A stretch of DNA of 64,000 nucleotides from a virus (taxonomy: Duplodnaviria; Caudoviricetes), in IMG/VR virus record IMGVR_UViG_3300020037_003256, positions 155,271 to 219,270 of that record; one strand, given 5' to 3'. Positions 47,930 to 58,215 of this stretch are shown in pieces. Position 1 is the first letter of the stretch. Every line of letters starts with the position of its first letter. Both the position numbers and the translations under genes were made by a program. The notes under the pieces were generated by a model, which saw nothing but the letters and a program-made list of their open reading frames with translations, ran no database searches and was not told the DNA's origin.

Positions 47930-49236
47930 TATATTCTCCTAGGTCCGGGGTAGTAATTAGCGTCATCGTCTTTGAGCGCCATACCGTCCCAAAGTACATA
48001 CGGAATGAAGTTTTGTTTGTGGAAATCGCTCGGATAGTAATTGTAGAGTCGCACGGTCTGGAACCTGCACTTCACATCACCATTCTGATACTTGGCATAC
48101 TCTGCGTCTGTGTAGTACCAAAAGTTATTCGGAGACCAGAAGCTTTTATGGTCCGGGTCCTGATAAGCACCACGCCCGACCTTGCCTTCAAAATCGCTCA
48201 CAGCAGGCGTGTGGGTCAGAAGATAGCCGCCAGGGACCAATCTACTGTATAGCAGATTCATCAAGCGAGTCACTTGGCCGATAGCCACATGCTCTAAAAA
48301 ATCGAAAGCCCTAAAACAGCCAACACTGTTTTCTGGGATTTTATTTTCGAGCACGTCGAATACGTCACCAGAGTAAGGGTCACTGCTAGGTAAACTGCGA
48401 TCGATCGGTCTAAAGCCTGGCGGCGAATTATGTGCTCCACCTAAATCCAACATGGCGAGACCGTTGCGACTACACCACTCTTCGATCAACGGATGAAGAT
48501 ACCGATCGCGAGTGCGTTGGCTGGTGACCGTGATGTTTTGAGCTTGTCTGCCGCTGGTAGTTGCTGCGCTCATCCGGTGCAGATACAGAGGCCTACAGAT
48601 ATGCACAAACCTGACACCTTTCAAATACGTGCGAACGATTAGATCGTGGTCGTCCCCGACTGGCAAAGTTGTATTGTGCCCTCCGGCGACGCGATAGGCT
48701 CCACGTGTCCATGCTCTTACGTGATCTGGTGCGTACAGGATCTCGCACAAGCTTCGTGGTGTGATGTTGTATGCGCGGTTGACGCGGTATGTTCGCCCGT
48801 TGTGTGCCCAGTCGTAATGTTTCCAACCGAATTCTGGCAAGAAAGCCTGACTGACTCCTTCGAAAGTGACGGATACGCTGTCTGAGTATAGAAACGTGAT
48901 TGGCGATTCCTTGCTCAGCGTATCCGCAATAGTGTGTAGGCAGTCTGGGGTGATTAAGTCATCGTGATCGTATTCGACGAATACGTCGCCTGTGCAGTGG
49001 TCACAAGCAAAGCGTTTCAAGGCTCCGATTCCTGTTACGTTGGCCGGAGCCGGCTTGATCCGAACACGCGGGTCATTCGTGGTCAGTTGCTTTACGTAAT
49101 CATGGATTACGTTTGACAGCTCGCCATTAGGGACTACGACCCACTCCCAGCGCTCGTATGTTTGTTGTTTGAGGCACCGCCAAACATCGTCCAGATAGGT
49201 GGGATTGTGCGTCGGTGTGAATACGCTCAGCAGCAT
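47929..49236 (-). CDS. GT2 glycosyltransferase fused to methyltransferase-like domain
   Basis: SVFTPTHN, YDHDD and GDDHDL; C-terminal LDLGG, DFLEH, LVPGG and QDPDHKSFW. Confidence 0.85.
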   Translation of the reverse strand: MLLSVFTPTHNPTYLDDVWRCLKQQTYERWEWVVVPNGELSNVIHDYVKQLTTNDPRVRIKPAPANVTGIGALKRFACDHCTGDVFVEYDHDDLITPDCLHTIADTLSKESPITFLYSDSVSVTFEGVSQAFLPEFGWKHYDWAHNGRTYRVNRAYNITPRSLCEILYAPDHVRAWTRGAYRVAGGHNTTLPVGDDHDLIVRTYLKGVRFVHICRPLYLHRMSAATTSGRQAQNITVTSQRTRDRYLHPLIEEWCSRNGLAMLDLGGAHNSPPGFRPIDRSLPSSDPYSGDVFDVLENKIPENSVGCFRAFDFLEHVAIGQVTRLMNLLYSRLVPGGYLLTHTPAVSDFEGKVGRGAYQDPDHKSFWSPNNFWYYTDAEYAKYQNGDVKCRFQTVRLYNYYPSDFHKQNFIPYVLWDGMALKDDDANYYPGPRRI

Positions 49237-49288
49237 TGTAGAGTTCCAGATAGTAAAGATACGAGACCAGAACTCTACGCGATCTGCT

Positions 49289-52021
49289 TTAATAATTAAA
49301 GTCCTGCTTACCTGCTTCCGTCGTTTCTAGCCAACTAAGCTCAGCGTCTGTCGGGTCACGGTAGCGTGCAGTTTTCCCTAACTCGATGCCGGACACGCGA
49401 ACCACAATCTTGTTGACCTCGTTTAAAGGCGATACCTCGATAACTACATCGCTACCGTCTACATAACCACCAGCAACGGCAGCCCGGTCACAAATGACGG
49501 ACACAACTTCAATAGAACCTGGTTGACACGCTGAGACATAAACACTGTCTAACGGTTTACGTAATTGCGTAACGGTCCCCTTAGCCACGCGATCCGTAAG
49601 CGTTAATTGGTCGTCAACGCGGGAATGCGGCATCGTGACGGGCGAGGCAAATTTATACTCAAACGTTCCTGGTTCCTCTGTGGGAAGTCGCATTACCGTA
49701 GCCACTGGAGCCATCATTAATGGTTGTCCGCCAGGACAGTTAATACAGTCTCCTTGTGGTCCTTGGTATCCCTGATACCCTTGGTACCCCTGATACCCTT
49801 GGTATCCCTGATACCCTTGGTATCCCTGGTATCCCTGATACCCTTGGTATCCCTGATACCCTTGGTATCCCTGATACCCTTGGTATCCCTGGTATCCCTG
49901 GTATCCCTGGTAGCCTTCTCCCTGATAGCCTTGATACCCCTGGTATCCTTGGTAGCCTTCTCCCTGATAGCCTTGATACCCCTGATACCCCTGATACCCC
50001 TGGTAACCACTACCAGAACCAGAACCAGGAGCACCCTGATACCCCTGATACCCCTGATACCCTTGACAACCCACAGGTATGCCGAAAGAAAAATCAAAAG
50101 TCCAGTGTAGACAATCTTCTATCGAAATTGTCACGTTGACGTACGGATCATAGTCGCACGGCAGCGCTTCGGCGTATACAAGTACGTCATCTATAATCGG
50201 AGACGGGCACGGGATAGAAGCAGTTAGCTTCAACTCGTAGTCGCAGTCTGTAAGACTTTTTTCGAAGTAGTATCGGATAAAGCCTTGAACACCGGTGCCC
50301 CAGTAGAAGTACGCGTAAGTCGGTATTTGCGGCACGATGTACGGACACGGAACTTCGGCAAGGATGCGTAATTCGTAATCACAATCCGTTTTAACGAAAT
50401 AGTATCGCAGGTAACCTTGAACACCATTGGCAGTGTAAAAGTAGACGTACGTGGCTACTTGCGGCGTAATGTGCGGACATTGTATATCTGCATCTATGGT
50501 TAATGTCCAAGTGCAGTCACTAGACAACGTGAAGTAGTAACTTAAGTATCCTTGTGTTCCGTTGGCCGTGTAGAAGTAAAGGTATGTGGCGGAAGAAGGC
50601 AACATGGTGGGGCACATTGCCGGAAAGTCCGCGTCGATCACTAACTCGTAATCACAACCAGTTTTTTCAAAGTACCACGAAATGTACGCCTGTCCGCCCG
50701 GCGCAGTATAGAAATATAAAAACTGCGCAACAACCGGCGTGAACGCAGGACAAGGTACATCAAGCGTAATGTCCAGGTCGTACTCACAGCCGCTACCTTT
50801 AACAAAGTAATAGGCTAACGTACCTTGCGTACCTGCGGCAAAACCGACATATACCGTTCTGGACGTGCTAGGCGTCAACGGCGGACACAGATACTCGAAA
50901 TCGATATCCAGGGTCCATTCGCACTCGGAAGCTTTGCTGAAATAAAACGTAAGCTTTGGCGATCCAGTCGTTATCTCTGTCCCTGTGATTACCGTTGACG
51001 AGTCTGGTTTCATGTCGGGACACGGAACCGTAAACTCAATATCCAGAGACAGGTCCCAAGAACAATCTGCACCAGCCGTGAACCCGTACACGACGGTCAA
51101 GTACGTACTTGTGAATGCCGTAGTGGGGTATAGCGGTGTCAGTTGCGGACACGGCGAGTCAAAATCTATATCAAGATCGAAATCGCAGCCTGTTTTCGTG
51201 AATCCAAAAGTCAGCGAACCCTGGCTGCCTGCTGCAAAATTTACGTACTTTGTGGTCGGCGAGATCGGCGTAATGACAGGACACGGTACATCAAGCGTGA
51301 TGTCTAGGGCGTAATCGCACTCAGCACTCTTCGTGAATCCAAAATGCAGCGTACCTGTGTTCGTGCCGCCGCCAGAAAACTCCACAGTGTAGGACGTAGG
51401 CGAGATCGGAGTAATGGTCGGACACGGAAGGTCCAAATCAAGATCGAAGTCCCAATCACAGTCGTTAAGCCGCGAGAATCCGAACGTAAGCGTACCGTCG
51501 CCATATGCAATTGTTTTAGTTGTAGACGACAAGCCAGCTGCCGTAAGCTGCGGGCAATGAAACTCTGCATCTAATGAAAACTCAAAGTCACAACTTCCGG
51601 CTGCGTCTTCTGGGGCCAACGGATCACAAGCGACAGGACTGAAACCATACGTAATCTTGCTAGGACCGCTTGTGAATGGGACATTGCCTTCCAGCGGGTA
51701 GACTGGTAAAGGCTTAGGGCATGGTATGTTAAGCTCCAAGGCCAAATCAAAGTCACAACACACGCCCTGCGTGATCGTGAACACCATGTTAGGTGGGTTA
51801 CACTCGGATGTTCCACCGTAGGTGAATTCACTAGTACCGACCGCTATCTGCGGGCACGGTGGTTCTAGTGGCATGGTTAGTGGTTCGTCTACGCAGTCAG
51901 CGATTTGGTCTGGCGGCTCGCTGATACGCGGATCTACCAGCATGTTTTCACATGGCGGGATCTTCGTCACACTAGCAACGGGACACTTTTCCGGATCAAA
52001 GGCCAAGTTGTCGTTGGACAT
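49289..52021 (-). CDS. Tail/capsid fibre protein with Cys-rich repeats and GYQ collagen-like domain
   Basis: 13 CP...C repeats of about 45 aa, FDFSFGIP.G junction, about 29 GYQ triplets. Confidence 0.75.
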   Translation of the reverse strand: MSNDNLAFDPEKCPVASVTKIPPCENMLVDPRISEPPDQIADCVDEPLTMPLEPPCPQIAVGTSEFTYGGTSECNPPNMVFTITQGVCCDFDLALELNIPCPKPLPVYPLEGNVPFTSGPSKITYGFSPVACDPLAPEDAAGSCDFEFSLDAEFHCPQLTAAGLSSTTKTIAYGDGTLTFGFSRLNDCDWDFDLDLDLPCPTITPISPTSYTVEFSGGGTNTGTLHFGFTKSAECDYALDITLDVPCPVITPISPTTKYVNFAAGSQGSLTFGFTKTGCDFDLDIDFDSPCPQLTPLYPTTAFTSTYLTVVYGFTAGADCSWDLSLDIEFTVPCPDMKPDSSTVITGTEITTGSPKLTFYFSKASECEWTLDIDFEYLCPPLTPSTSRTVYVGFAAGTQGTLAYYFVKGSGCEYDLDITLDVPCPAFTPVVAQFLYFYTAPGGQAYISWYFEKTGCDYELVIDADFPAMCPTMLPSSATYLYFYTANGTQGYLSYYFTLSSDCTWTLTIDADIQCPHITPQVATYVYFYTANGVQGYLRYYFVKTDCDYELRILAEVPCPYIVPQIPTYAYFYWGTGVQGFIRYYFEKSLTDCDYELKLTASIPCPSPIIDDVLVYAEALPCDYDPYVNVTISIEDCLHWTFDFSFGIPVGCQGYQGYQGYQGAPGSGSGSGYQGYQGYQGYQGYQGEGYQGYQGYQGYQGEGYQGYQGYQGYQGYQGYQGYQGYQGYQGYQGYQGYQGYQGYQGYQGYQGYQGPQGDCINCPGGQPLMMAPVATVMRLPTEEPGTFEYKFASPVTMPHSRVDDQLTLTDRVAKGTVTQLRKPLDSVYVSACQPGSIEVVSVICDRAAVAGGYVDGSDVVIEVSPLNEVNKIVVRVSGIELGKTARYRDPTDAELSWLETTEAGKQDFNY
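49752..50066 (-). repeat. 9-bp coding tandem repeat (Gly-Tyr-Gln)
   Basis: Units such as GGGTATCAG/GGATACCAA. Confidence 0.95.
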
Positions 52022-52029
52022 TATGACTC

Positions 52030-52977
52030 CTAGCAGCTTTCCGATCGTGCAGAGATGGAGTCAAAGCACAGCGCCAGACCACTCATGTTCACGTTGATAA
52101 TTACACGGTTGTCCTCGGGACTTCCCGTTATTGTTACGCCTTTACCGGCAATCAGATTAAGCTGAGGACCACCTGCACCGTTGATTGACCGAATCGTTTC
52201 GTTGCATCGCGGACCGCCCTCCAACAACGTACTGTTTTCTGCAGGTGCTTCCCCGTCGTACAGCTCGACAGGCGTACACGGCTCTCCGGCACCATCGCCT
52301 ACAGCAGCACCGATCGTTATCGAGTTATCTGTGCTGCTTTGCCGTACGTTGGCGTTGTAACCCGGCACGAACACGACATCACCAACAACGCAGTTGGATT
52401 TAATATGTATGATATTTGACGTATCTACGATTTCGCCACATCCTAGTGCCGGCTGCACTCGCGTCCGGTCGTCATTAGCTACGGCAAATTTTACCACGAA
52501 GCTTTCAGCCAGATTCTGAATCAAACCGGGTTCTACGACACCCACGCACGCAATTACTCCGTCTGTGGGTAGGGCAGCCGTAAGCGATTCCGCTTTTCCT
52601 GTCGTCAGGAATCCGGACCATAAAGGTTCTTCGCACGCGTACGGTGACGCGGTGCTGCCAGACTCGCTGGACTCAGACAACCCAGATGTACCAGAGTCAA
52701 GGAACTCCACGTAAAAGTCAGGGTCAGTGACGTGGCGAGAGAACGTAAGTGCTAGCCCGTAAAGTTCTGGGGCGTCACTCTGAAAATCAAAGTAGAAATA
52801 CGATGCTTGTCGGCGTACCGCGGCAAGCCAGATACGGTGTACGCCGGTCTTGAACCGTGTCTTAGGTCCGACGATGAACCCAGCATCAACCACTAAGGTG
52901 TTTGGTGGCGAGTTATCGGAAGGCACGAACGGGTAAGCACGATTGCCGTTCTCATTAAAGAATGCTGGACTTGCCAT
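52030..52977 (-). CDS. Putative tail/baseplate structural protein (NxxxxYP family)
   Basis: NENGNRAYPF; IRSING. Confidence 0.65.
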   Translation of the reverse strand: MASPAFFNENGNRAYPFVPSDNSPPNTLVVDAGFIVGPKTRFKTGVHRIWLAAVRRQASYFYFDFQSDAPELYGLALTFSRHVTDPDFYVEFLDSGTSGLSESSESGSTASPYACEEPLWSGFLTTGKAESLTAALPTDGVIACVGVVEPGLIQNLAESFVVKFAVANDDRTRVQPALGCGEIVDTSNIIHIKSNCVVGDVVFVPGYNANVRQSSTDNSITIGAAVGDGAGEPCTPVELYDGEAPAENSTLLEGGPRCNETIRSINGAGGPQLNLIAGKGVTITGSPEDNRVIINVNMSGLALCFDSISARSESC

Positions 52978-52999
52978 TTTAAAAACCGTTTTTTAGATT
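52976..52999 (-). promoter_or_regulatory. Conserved 24-bp dyad motif, copy 5
   Basis: attttaaaaaccgttttttagatt fills the entire gap between stop and ATG. Confidence 0.75.
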
Positions 53000-53822
53000 A
53001 CGCGTCCGTCACAGAACCCACGGCACCAATCTCAATTCCGTCCGCTACGCTAGTAATTCGCAACACAGTATCCGCAGCTAAATCATTAGCCACAGTTACA
53101 ATCACGTTTCCGTCTGCATCCGGTGGTACAACGAAGTCCATATTAGGCCCAATAACGCGAAGCTGTTGCAGAAACTTGGGAGTTTGAAACAGGTTATTAG
53201 GCTGGCATAGGCGTCTACGGAACAGAGGATCACCAACTACATCGATTCGAATCTGTCTGATATCTTGTGTCTGGCATGTGCCCGGGACAGGTACAACCTT
53301 GTCCGAAACACTGAAAACTACACCGTCGTCACCTACCAACCACACGTCACCCACAAACAGCTCTCCCGTATCTAACCGTATTCCTCTTACACCTATCTCC
53401 GGCGTCGGGAACACACAGGAAGCACAGAACTCGGTTTGTTTCGGTTCGAACTCGTGAGTGCCAACACCCCAAGACTGAAATAGCCCAAGACGTCTGCCTT
53501 CGCTTACCAACACGCCCGCGGGTCTTCCGTAGGTGTCGTACAAGCTAACCTGATCTGGCGGATTAATCAGCTCGAACTCGCCCGATGCGAGTTCAGTGTT
53601 TGCTTGTGTGCCGACAAACACTTTGGTTTTTTGAAAACCAACAACTACCTTCGTTATGTACAACCCTGCAGAGTTGCCGATGGGGTACATCGCTGCATCC
53701 AAGAACGTACCTTCGGTCAGTATCCGCCCAGCCCCGTTAACTAAGGTGGCCTCACTAGAAAACGGGTACTTAGTCGGGTCGTTCTGCTTCCGCCATTCTG
53801 GAAACAGTATACGCTCTGCCAT
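52998..53822 (-). CDS. Putative structural protein (NxxxxYP family)
   Basis: EWRKQNDPTKYPF. Confidence 0.65.
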   Translation of the reverse strand: MAERILFPEWRKQNDPTKYPFSSEATLVNGAGRILTEGTFLDAAMYPIGNSAGLYITKVVVGFQKTKVFVGTQANTELASGEFELINPPDQVSLYDTYGRPAGVLVSEGRRLGLFQSWGVGTHEFEPKQTEFCASCVFPTPEIGVRGIRLDTGELFVGDVWLVGDDGVVFSVSDKVVPVPGTCQTQDIRQIRIDVVGDPLFRRRLCQPNNLFQTPKFLQQLRVIGPNMDFVVPPDADGNVIVTVANDLAADTVLRITSVADGIEIGAVGSVTDA

Positions 53823-55525
53823 TAGTCTGTCTCCGCGATGGTGAGATACGCAAATCGGGATATAGCTCGGTTCGTCCCTATGCCAAATTTCCCGGTCGTA
53901 GGTTGGTAGTTAGAGACGTCTACCGCCAAAGTCAGATCTAAGGCACCAACGTCACTGATTGATTCCAGCCTTGCCGTGATGTTCACCGAACCGGCGACGA
54001 GCCCAGGAAGCACAGTTACTGTGATTCTGTACCACTTATCTAGCTGAATACCAGGTACTGCGATGGACGCAGGTGCCACTACCTGAAACGTTGTGCCGTT
54101 AAAACGGAGCAAGCGGAACGTCTGAGTGTTGTAATCGATTTCTGCTGCAAAATACACGTACTGATTTGGCAAAGTCGTATGCGGTCTGTAATTGATTACA
54201 AGCTGTGCATTCTGCTTAGCTCCCAAAGGTCCTTGCAGAAGTTTGACTTCTGTTACGGCCTTGCGGTATGCAGTTGTCGTGTCTACGGCAGTCAAAGCCA
54301 CGTTACGATTCGCGGCTGTGCCAGACTGTTGACTACCGACAGGCAACACTTCTTCGAACGCTGTCGATAAAGACGCCGACGCAGACTCAGACAGTGACAC
54401 AGACACAGGGTACGGTACGAACGTGCTTTCGCACAAATGCGTCGGACTGTCGTCTTCAACGTATTGCCAAAGACCAATGACCGTATCCAAAGAGCTAACG
54501 CCGCCTGTAAAACATTCGACGTAAGGTAGGTCTAAATTGTTAAGGTACGATATACTGTCCATCGGCTCTAAAGGCGGACCTGGTATATCCGGAGGCACCG
54601 GTATATTTGCCGGCGAGTACTCTGTCGGTAGCAGACCATCGCTAGACGGGATCTGTGCTGGAAGGCACGCATCTACCAAACCGAGTTGACACGCAACGGC
54701 GATACCTGGTTTGTCTGTGACCTGCGCTAACTGCGTACACCCACGAAACTCTAAGGTCAGTGTACCGTCACAATCCGGGGCCACCGCATTCACGAACTCA
54801 ATCGGATGCGGACAACCACACGTCTTGGATTCAGGTCGGCCCGAACAAGGGCCTGCAAATTGTTGAAACAGGCTTACTGGCTTATACCCTGTAATGTCAG
54901 ACGCTTGTGTCGGGACAGGGAAACCATCTGCACCTGTGTTATCAGTCAAGCGTACAACAATACAGTCACGTAACGCACCGTTTAGAAATCGTTCTTCTTT
55001 CGCAATAGCCAACGGCTCCGACACACGCAACGTCACTACGCCTGTTAGTTTGTCCGCAGCGTTATCCGCTTTAACGGACTGAACGGGCAATGGACGATAC
55101 GGTCTAGCGGCCCGTTGGGTTAGTCTGCTCTGTAATGGTGTTGTGAATCGGCCTCGGTAATCCGCGGAATCTACCCCAGAACCGAATACGATCCAACCGG
55201 CAACGCCGGGTACCTGCGGTTGCAACGCATAGACACGTCCTACCGCAATCGGCTTCATAACACTAATCACGGCGAGCGGAATGAAACCACCAGGTGTCTC
55301 CAGTGAGTCTGCAGCTTGTATTGTGATAGTAGTCAGTACCGGTGTGTTCGATACCGCGGTTATAAACGCGAAATCCCCTAACGTAGAGGGCCATCGCAAA
55401 CTAATGTCAGAGATCAAATCAGAAGGAAGACGTTTGCCGCTGTCGTCGTCACACGTAGCCGCGTCATCGACCGGGTAGGCCCGTCCTTCGTTCGCGTTGT
55501 ACCAATGACTATTTCTGACCGGCAT
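53822..55525 (-). CDS. Putative structural protein (NxxxxYP family) with C-terminal ConA/LamG-like strands
   Basis: WYNANEGRAYPV; FVNAVAPDCDG; LDKWYRITVTV...GKFGIG. Confidence 0.65.
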   Translation of the reverse strand: MPVRNSHWYNANEGRAYPVDDAATCDDDSGKRLPSDLISDISLRWPSTLGDFAFITAVSNTPVLTTITIQAADSLETPGGFIPLAVISVMKPIAVGRVYALQPQVPGVAGWIVFGSGVDSADYRGRFTTPLQSRLTQRAARPYRPLPVQSVKADNAADKLTGVVTLRVSEPLAIAKEERFLNGALRDCIVVRLTDNTGADGFPVPTQASDITGYKPVSLFQQFAGPCSGRPESKTCGCPHPIEFVNAVAPDCDGTLTLEFRGCTQLAQVTDKPGIAVACQLGLVDACLPAQIPSSDGLLPTEYSPANIPVPPDIPGPPLEPMDSISYLNNLDLPYVECFTGGVSSLDTVIGLWQYVEDDSPTHLCESTFVPYPVSVSLSESASASLSTAFEEVLPVGSQQSGTAANRNVALTAVDTTTAYRKAVTEVKLLQGPLGAKQNAQLVINYRPHTTLPNQYVYFAAEIDYNTQTFRLLRFNGTTFQVVAPASIAVPGIQLDKWYRITVTVLPGLVAGSVNITARLESISDVGALDLTLAVDVSNYQPTTGKFGIGTNRAISRFAYLTIAETD

Positions 55526-55546
55526 TCCGTGTCTCCAGACTTATTA

Positions 55547-56995
55547 CTAGCAGTTGCAGTTAAACTGCGGTTGCCCTGCGTTAAGTGCCGCTATTTTGGT
55601 GTTCAACGCCCGCACCGGAACCGTGTCAACGATCTCAGCTGCCTCCCATATATCAGACAGCCAAGACGGCACTTCGACGTTTGCCATTTCGCACGGATCA
55701 CCAGACTCCGGATTACCGGCAGCATCCGGTATATGCACAGTCATCGTCACTTCCAGCGACTCGTCTGCGGCACAGTCTGTGGTGCAGAATTTAAACTTAG
55801 CCACGGATGAATCCTGGGGATTAGCATAATCGAAGAAGAATCGAGCCACTTGCCTTGCCTGCAGGGGCGGATACCGTTCGTCGCCGTCTGTGTTTGAGCC
55901 GCTTATGTAAGAATCATTGACAGAGCCGCTCGTCCAAGTCACGAGGCTACCGTTCTTGTACCGCTGAAACGTAAATCGAAATTCGATCTGCGTTAAACAG
56001 CACGACGTAAAGTTACAGAAACTACCACCTACGAATGTCTTACATATGAAGTCTGTAGCCAGAATAAGCCTCGCCGGATTGTTAATACGACAATCGCGGC
56101 TAGCATCCCATCTGGATCTGTTCTGCTCGTACGTGTCCCGGACAGTCTCCGCTTTTGCCGCAAGAGCTCTCCAGTTTGCCCATTGTCGCTTCAGCCCTCT
56201 GTACGTGCGAACGAAGTAGTCACATTCGCAGCACGGGTGACAATCACTCGTTGCGCGAAGGGCGTGCTGCGCCTCTTCCGTCGTTAGGCCAGACGCGGCG
56301 TGCACGGCAGTTCTTAGTGAATCCATGTCACCTGTAACCGCCAGTGGTGGGCCTATCCGGAAACACGGATCTACTTCAATTCTAAAGTTACCCGCACAGT
56401 CTGGTCCCTGTTGGTTTATCTTTCTTGCGACGGGTATTAAGTCTTCACAGCCGTCGACCTTGCCCGCCCCGGCACCAGCTACCGCGTCTATATTCAGCTG
56501 CGAGCGAAAACGACCACCGTCCGTAATGTCTGTAGCGATATTCCCAGACATAGCCATGTTGTAACCGGCAGCGAATTGGAAAGCGCCTACAGCTTTAACA
56601 AAACCAACACTGATTGACTTGACTCTGTTCGGTAAACGGTTACACGTCCTAGCATCCAGTACGCCAACACCGCCTGTACCTGTGGCGACTACAGCACGGA
56701 ATACAACGGTTTCAGTGGTCCATTCGTAAACCGTACGCGAACCCCAACTACGACTTATTGCTGCTGCTGTGTTACCGGAAAACACGGTGCCGGCGTTGGC
56801 ATCCGTAATGCTCCAGTCTTCTCCGCTGACTGTAAGCGTGAATGGAAGTTCGAGACTGCAGGTGTCGTCTTCGTACGAGACGTACGCATCTAACACGCTA
56901 CCGGCTAGCGACGTGTTCACTACGAACGGATAGTTCGTACCGCCTGATGGTTGTTGATTTACCGCGGTACGCGCTACAGCATCGTTAGCGTCCAT
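55547..56995 (-). CDS. Putative structural protein (NxxxxYP family)
   Basis: GTNYPF; KINQQGPDCAG; CHPCCEC followed by coiled coil. Confidence 0.65.
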   Translation of the reverse strand: MDANDAVARTAVNQQPSGGTNYPFVVNTSLAGSVLDAYVSYEDDTCSLELPFTLTVSGEDWSITDANAGTVFSGNTAAAISRSWGSRTVYEWTTETVVFRAVVATGTGGVGVLDARTCNRLPNRVKSISVGFVKAVGAFQFAAGYNMAMSGNIATDITDGGRFRSQLNIDAVAGAGAGKVDGCEDLIPVARKINQQGPDCAGNFRIEVDPCFRIGPPLAVTGDMDSLRTAVHAASGLTTEEAQHALRATSDCHPCCECDYFVRTYRGLKRQWANWRALAAKAETVRDTYEQNRSRWDASRDCRINNPARLILATDFICKTFVGGSFCNFTSCCLTQIEFRFTFQRYKNGSLVTWTSGSVNDSYISGSNTDGDERYPPLQARQVARFFFDYANPQDSSVAKFKFCTTDCAADESLEVTMTVHIPDAAGNPESGDPCEMANVEVPSWLSDIWEAAEIVDTVPVRALNTKIAALNAGQPQFNCNC

Positions 56996-57002
56996 GAGGT
57001 CC

Positions 57003-57251
57003 TCAATGCGTTGCTGGATGTACCACGCAGTAGAACGGCGTGTCGAATACTATCTTCTCGCCATCCACGCTTTCCACTTCTGTAACGGGATGGCGAGGAA
57101 CTTGTAGCGTCACAGTTGCGTCGACAGGTATGCCGTTCTCTTTGGCGATCATCACGGTTTCGTACTGGCCATACCGTAAACGTTCTTGACGTCCATCTGC
57201 GTGAATTTTGGTTGCAGTAGTCACTTGTGGAAAGGTTAGCTGCTTACTCAT
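57003..57251 (-). CDS. Hypothetical protein
   Basis: ORF from MSKQLTF. Confidence 0.5.
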   Translation of the reverse strand: MSKQLTFPQVTTATKIHADGRQERLRYGQYETVMIAKENGIPVDATVTLQVPRHPVTEVESVDGEKIVFDTPFYCVVHPATH

Positions 57252-57253
57252 TT

Positions 57254-58213
57254 TTACCCACACTGGATGCAAGATCGGTCATTTAACTTGGCACCGAGCA
57301 CAATTAGATTCATTGTATCCACGGCATTCTGCAGACGGGATACGAAGTTGTCGACGCTGGTCGCTTGTGCCGCAAAGCGTTCTAGATCCGTGGTGATGCG
57401 TTCCAGTTCGACGCAGCCGCAACAAGGCTGAGCGCACACGTCTTTTATCCGGATACCGTTGGGAATAGATTCGATCTGCAGGCAATCGTTACCTACGAAC
57501 GTAAAGTCGCCGCTGTTAGTTGGTGTGACGTTATTGATCCTTGTGATAGGAGTGGAGAGGGCTGAATCCCCTTCACAAACGCAGTCTTGGATCGTCCCTT
57601 CCCCGGAGATGGCACTGAATGTAATAACGGTGTCCTGCCCGGCTTGCACCACCGGAACTATCCGCATGTTGGGGCCGGCCACTAACTCGATATCGCCATA
57701 TAGTGGCACGCTCCGTTGATCGCCACTCACTACCACGATACTGGATACACCACGGATGATAGGACGTACCGCGTCTGGATCTAGTCTAGCTTTGTCGAGC
57801 GTGAACTCCCAAAATCCAGGTGGCTGTTCATCAATGTTCTCCAGTCGCCCGATCACTATCTTACCTACGGTGTCTACGAAATCGTTGATGCCGCCCAAAG
57901 CAAATACTGCGTTTCGTGTAAAACCTTGACGAGGTATCAGGGCAGTAGCGACGTTGACCGTCGTAGACGCATCCGCGGACTGGTAGGCAATTGTTAATCC
58001 GTAACCGCTTGCATACGCAGACACACTTCGTACGAAGAAACCAGCAGGACCTACGTTGAGACCGGCATGAATAGGCAAATCCAGTTCGACAATGAAGTCT
58101 TCCGGAAGTTTAAACAACCCCGTAGTGTCCACAGCTTCAGCGTCGTCTGCTAGCGGGTACCGACGTTGTGCGTTGTGGTTTAGCCACTCTAAGGACCAAT
58201 TACCTACAGGCAT
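57254..58213 (-). CDS. Putative structural protein (NxxxxYP family)
   Basis: EWLNHNAQRRYPL; RINNVTP; CAQPCCGC followed by coiled coil. Confidence 0.65.
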   Translation of the reverse strand: MPVGNWSLEWLNHNAQRRYPLADDAEAVDTTGLFKLPEDFIVELDLPIHAGLNVGPAGFFVRSVSAYASGYGLTIAYQSADASTTVNVATALIPRQGFTRNAVFALGGINDFVDTVGKIVIGRLENIDEQPPGFWEFTLDKARLDPDAVRPIIRGVSSIVVVSGDQRSVPLYGDIELVAGPNMRIVPVVQAGQDTVITFSAISGEGTIQDCVCEGDSALSTPITRINNVTPTNSGDFTFVGNDCLQIESIPNGIRIKDVCAQPCCGCVELERITTDLERFAAQATSVDNFVSRLQNAVDTMNLIVLGAKLNDRSCIQCG

Positions 58214-58215
58214 GG

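Noticed and set aside
49238-49278. 9-bp inverted repeat gtagagttc/gaactctac as terminator
   Set aside because: Long 23-nt loop and no U-tract; weak support.
49752-50066. Tandem repeat as CRISPR or guide array
   Set aside because: 9-bp in-frame units with synonymous variation encoding GYQ; no spacers.
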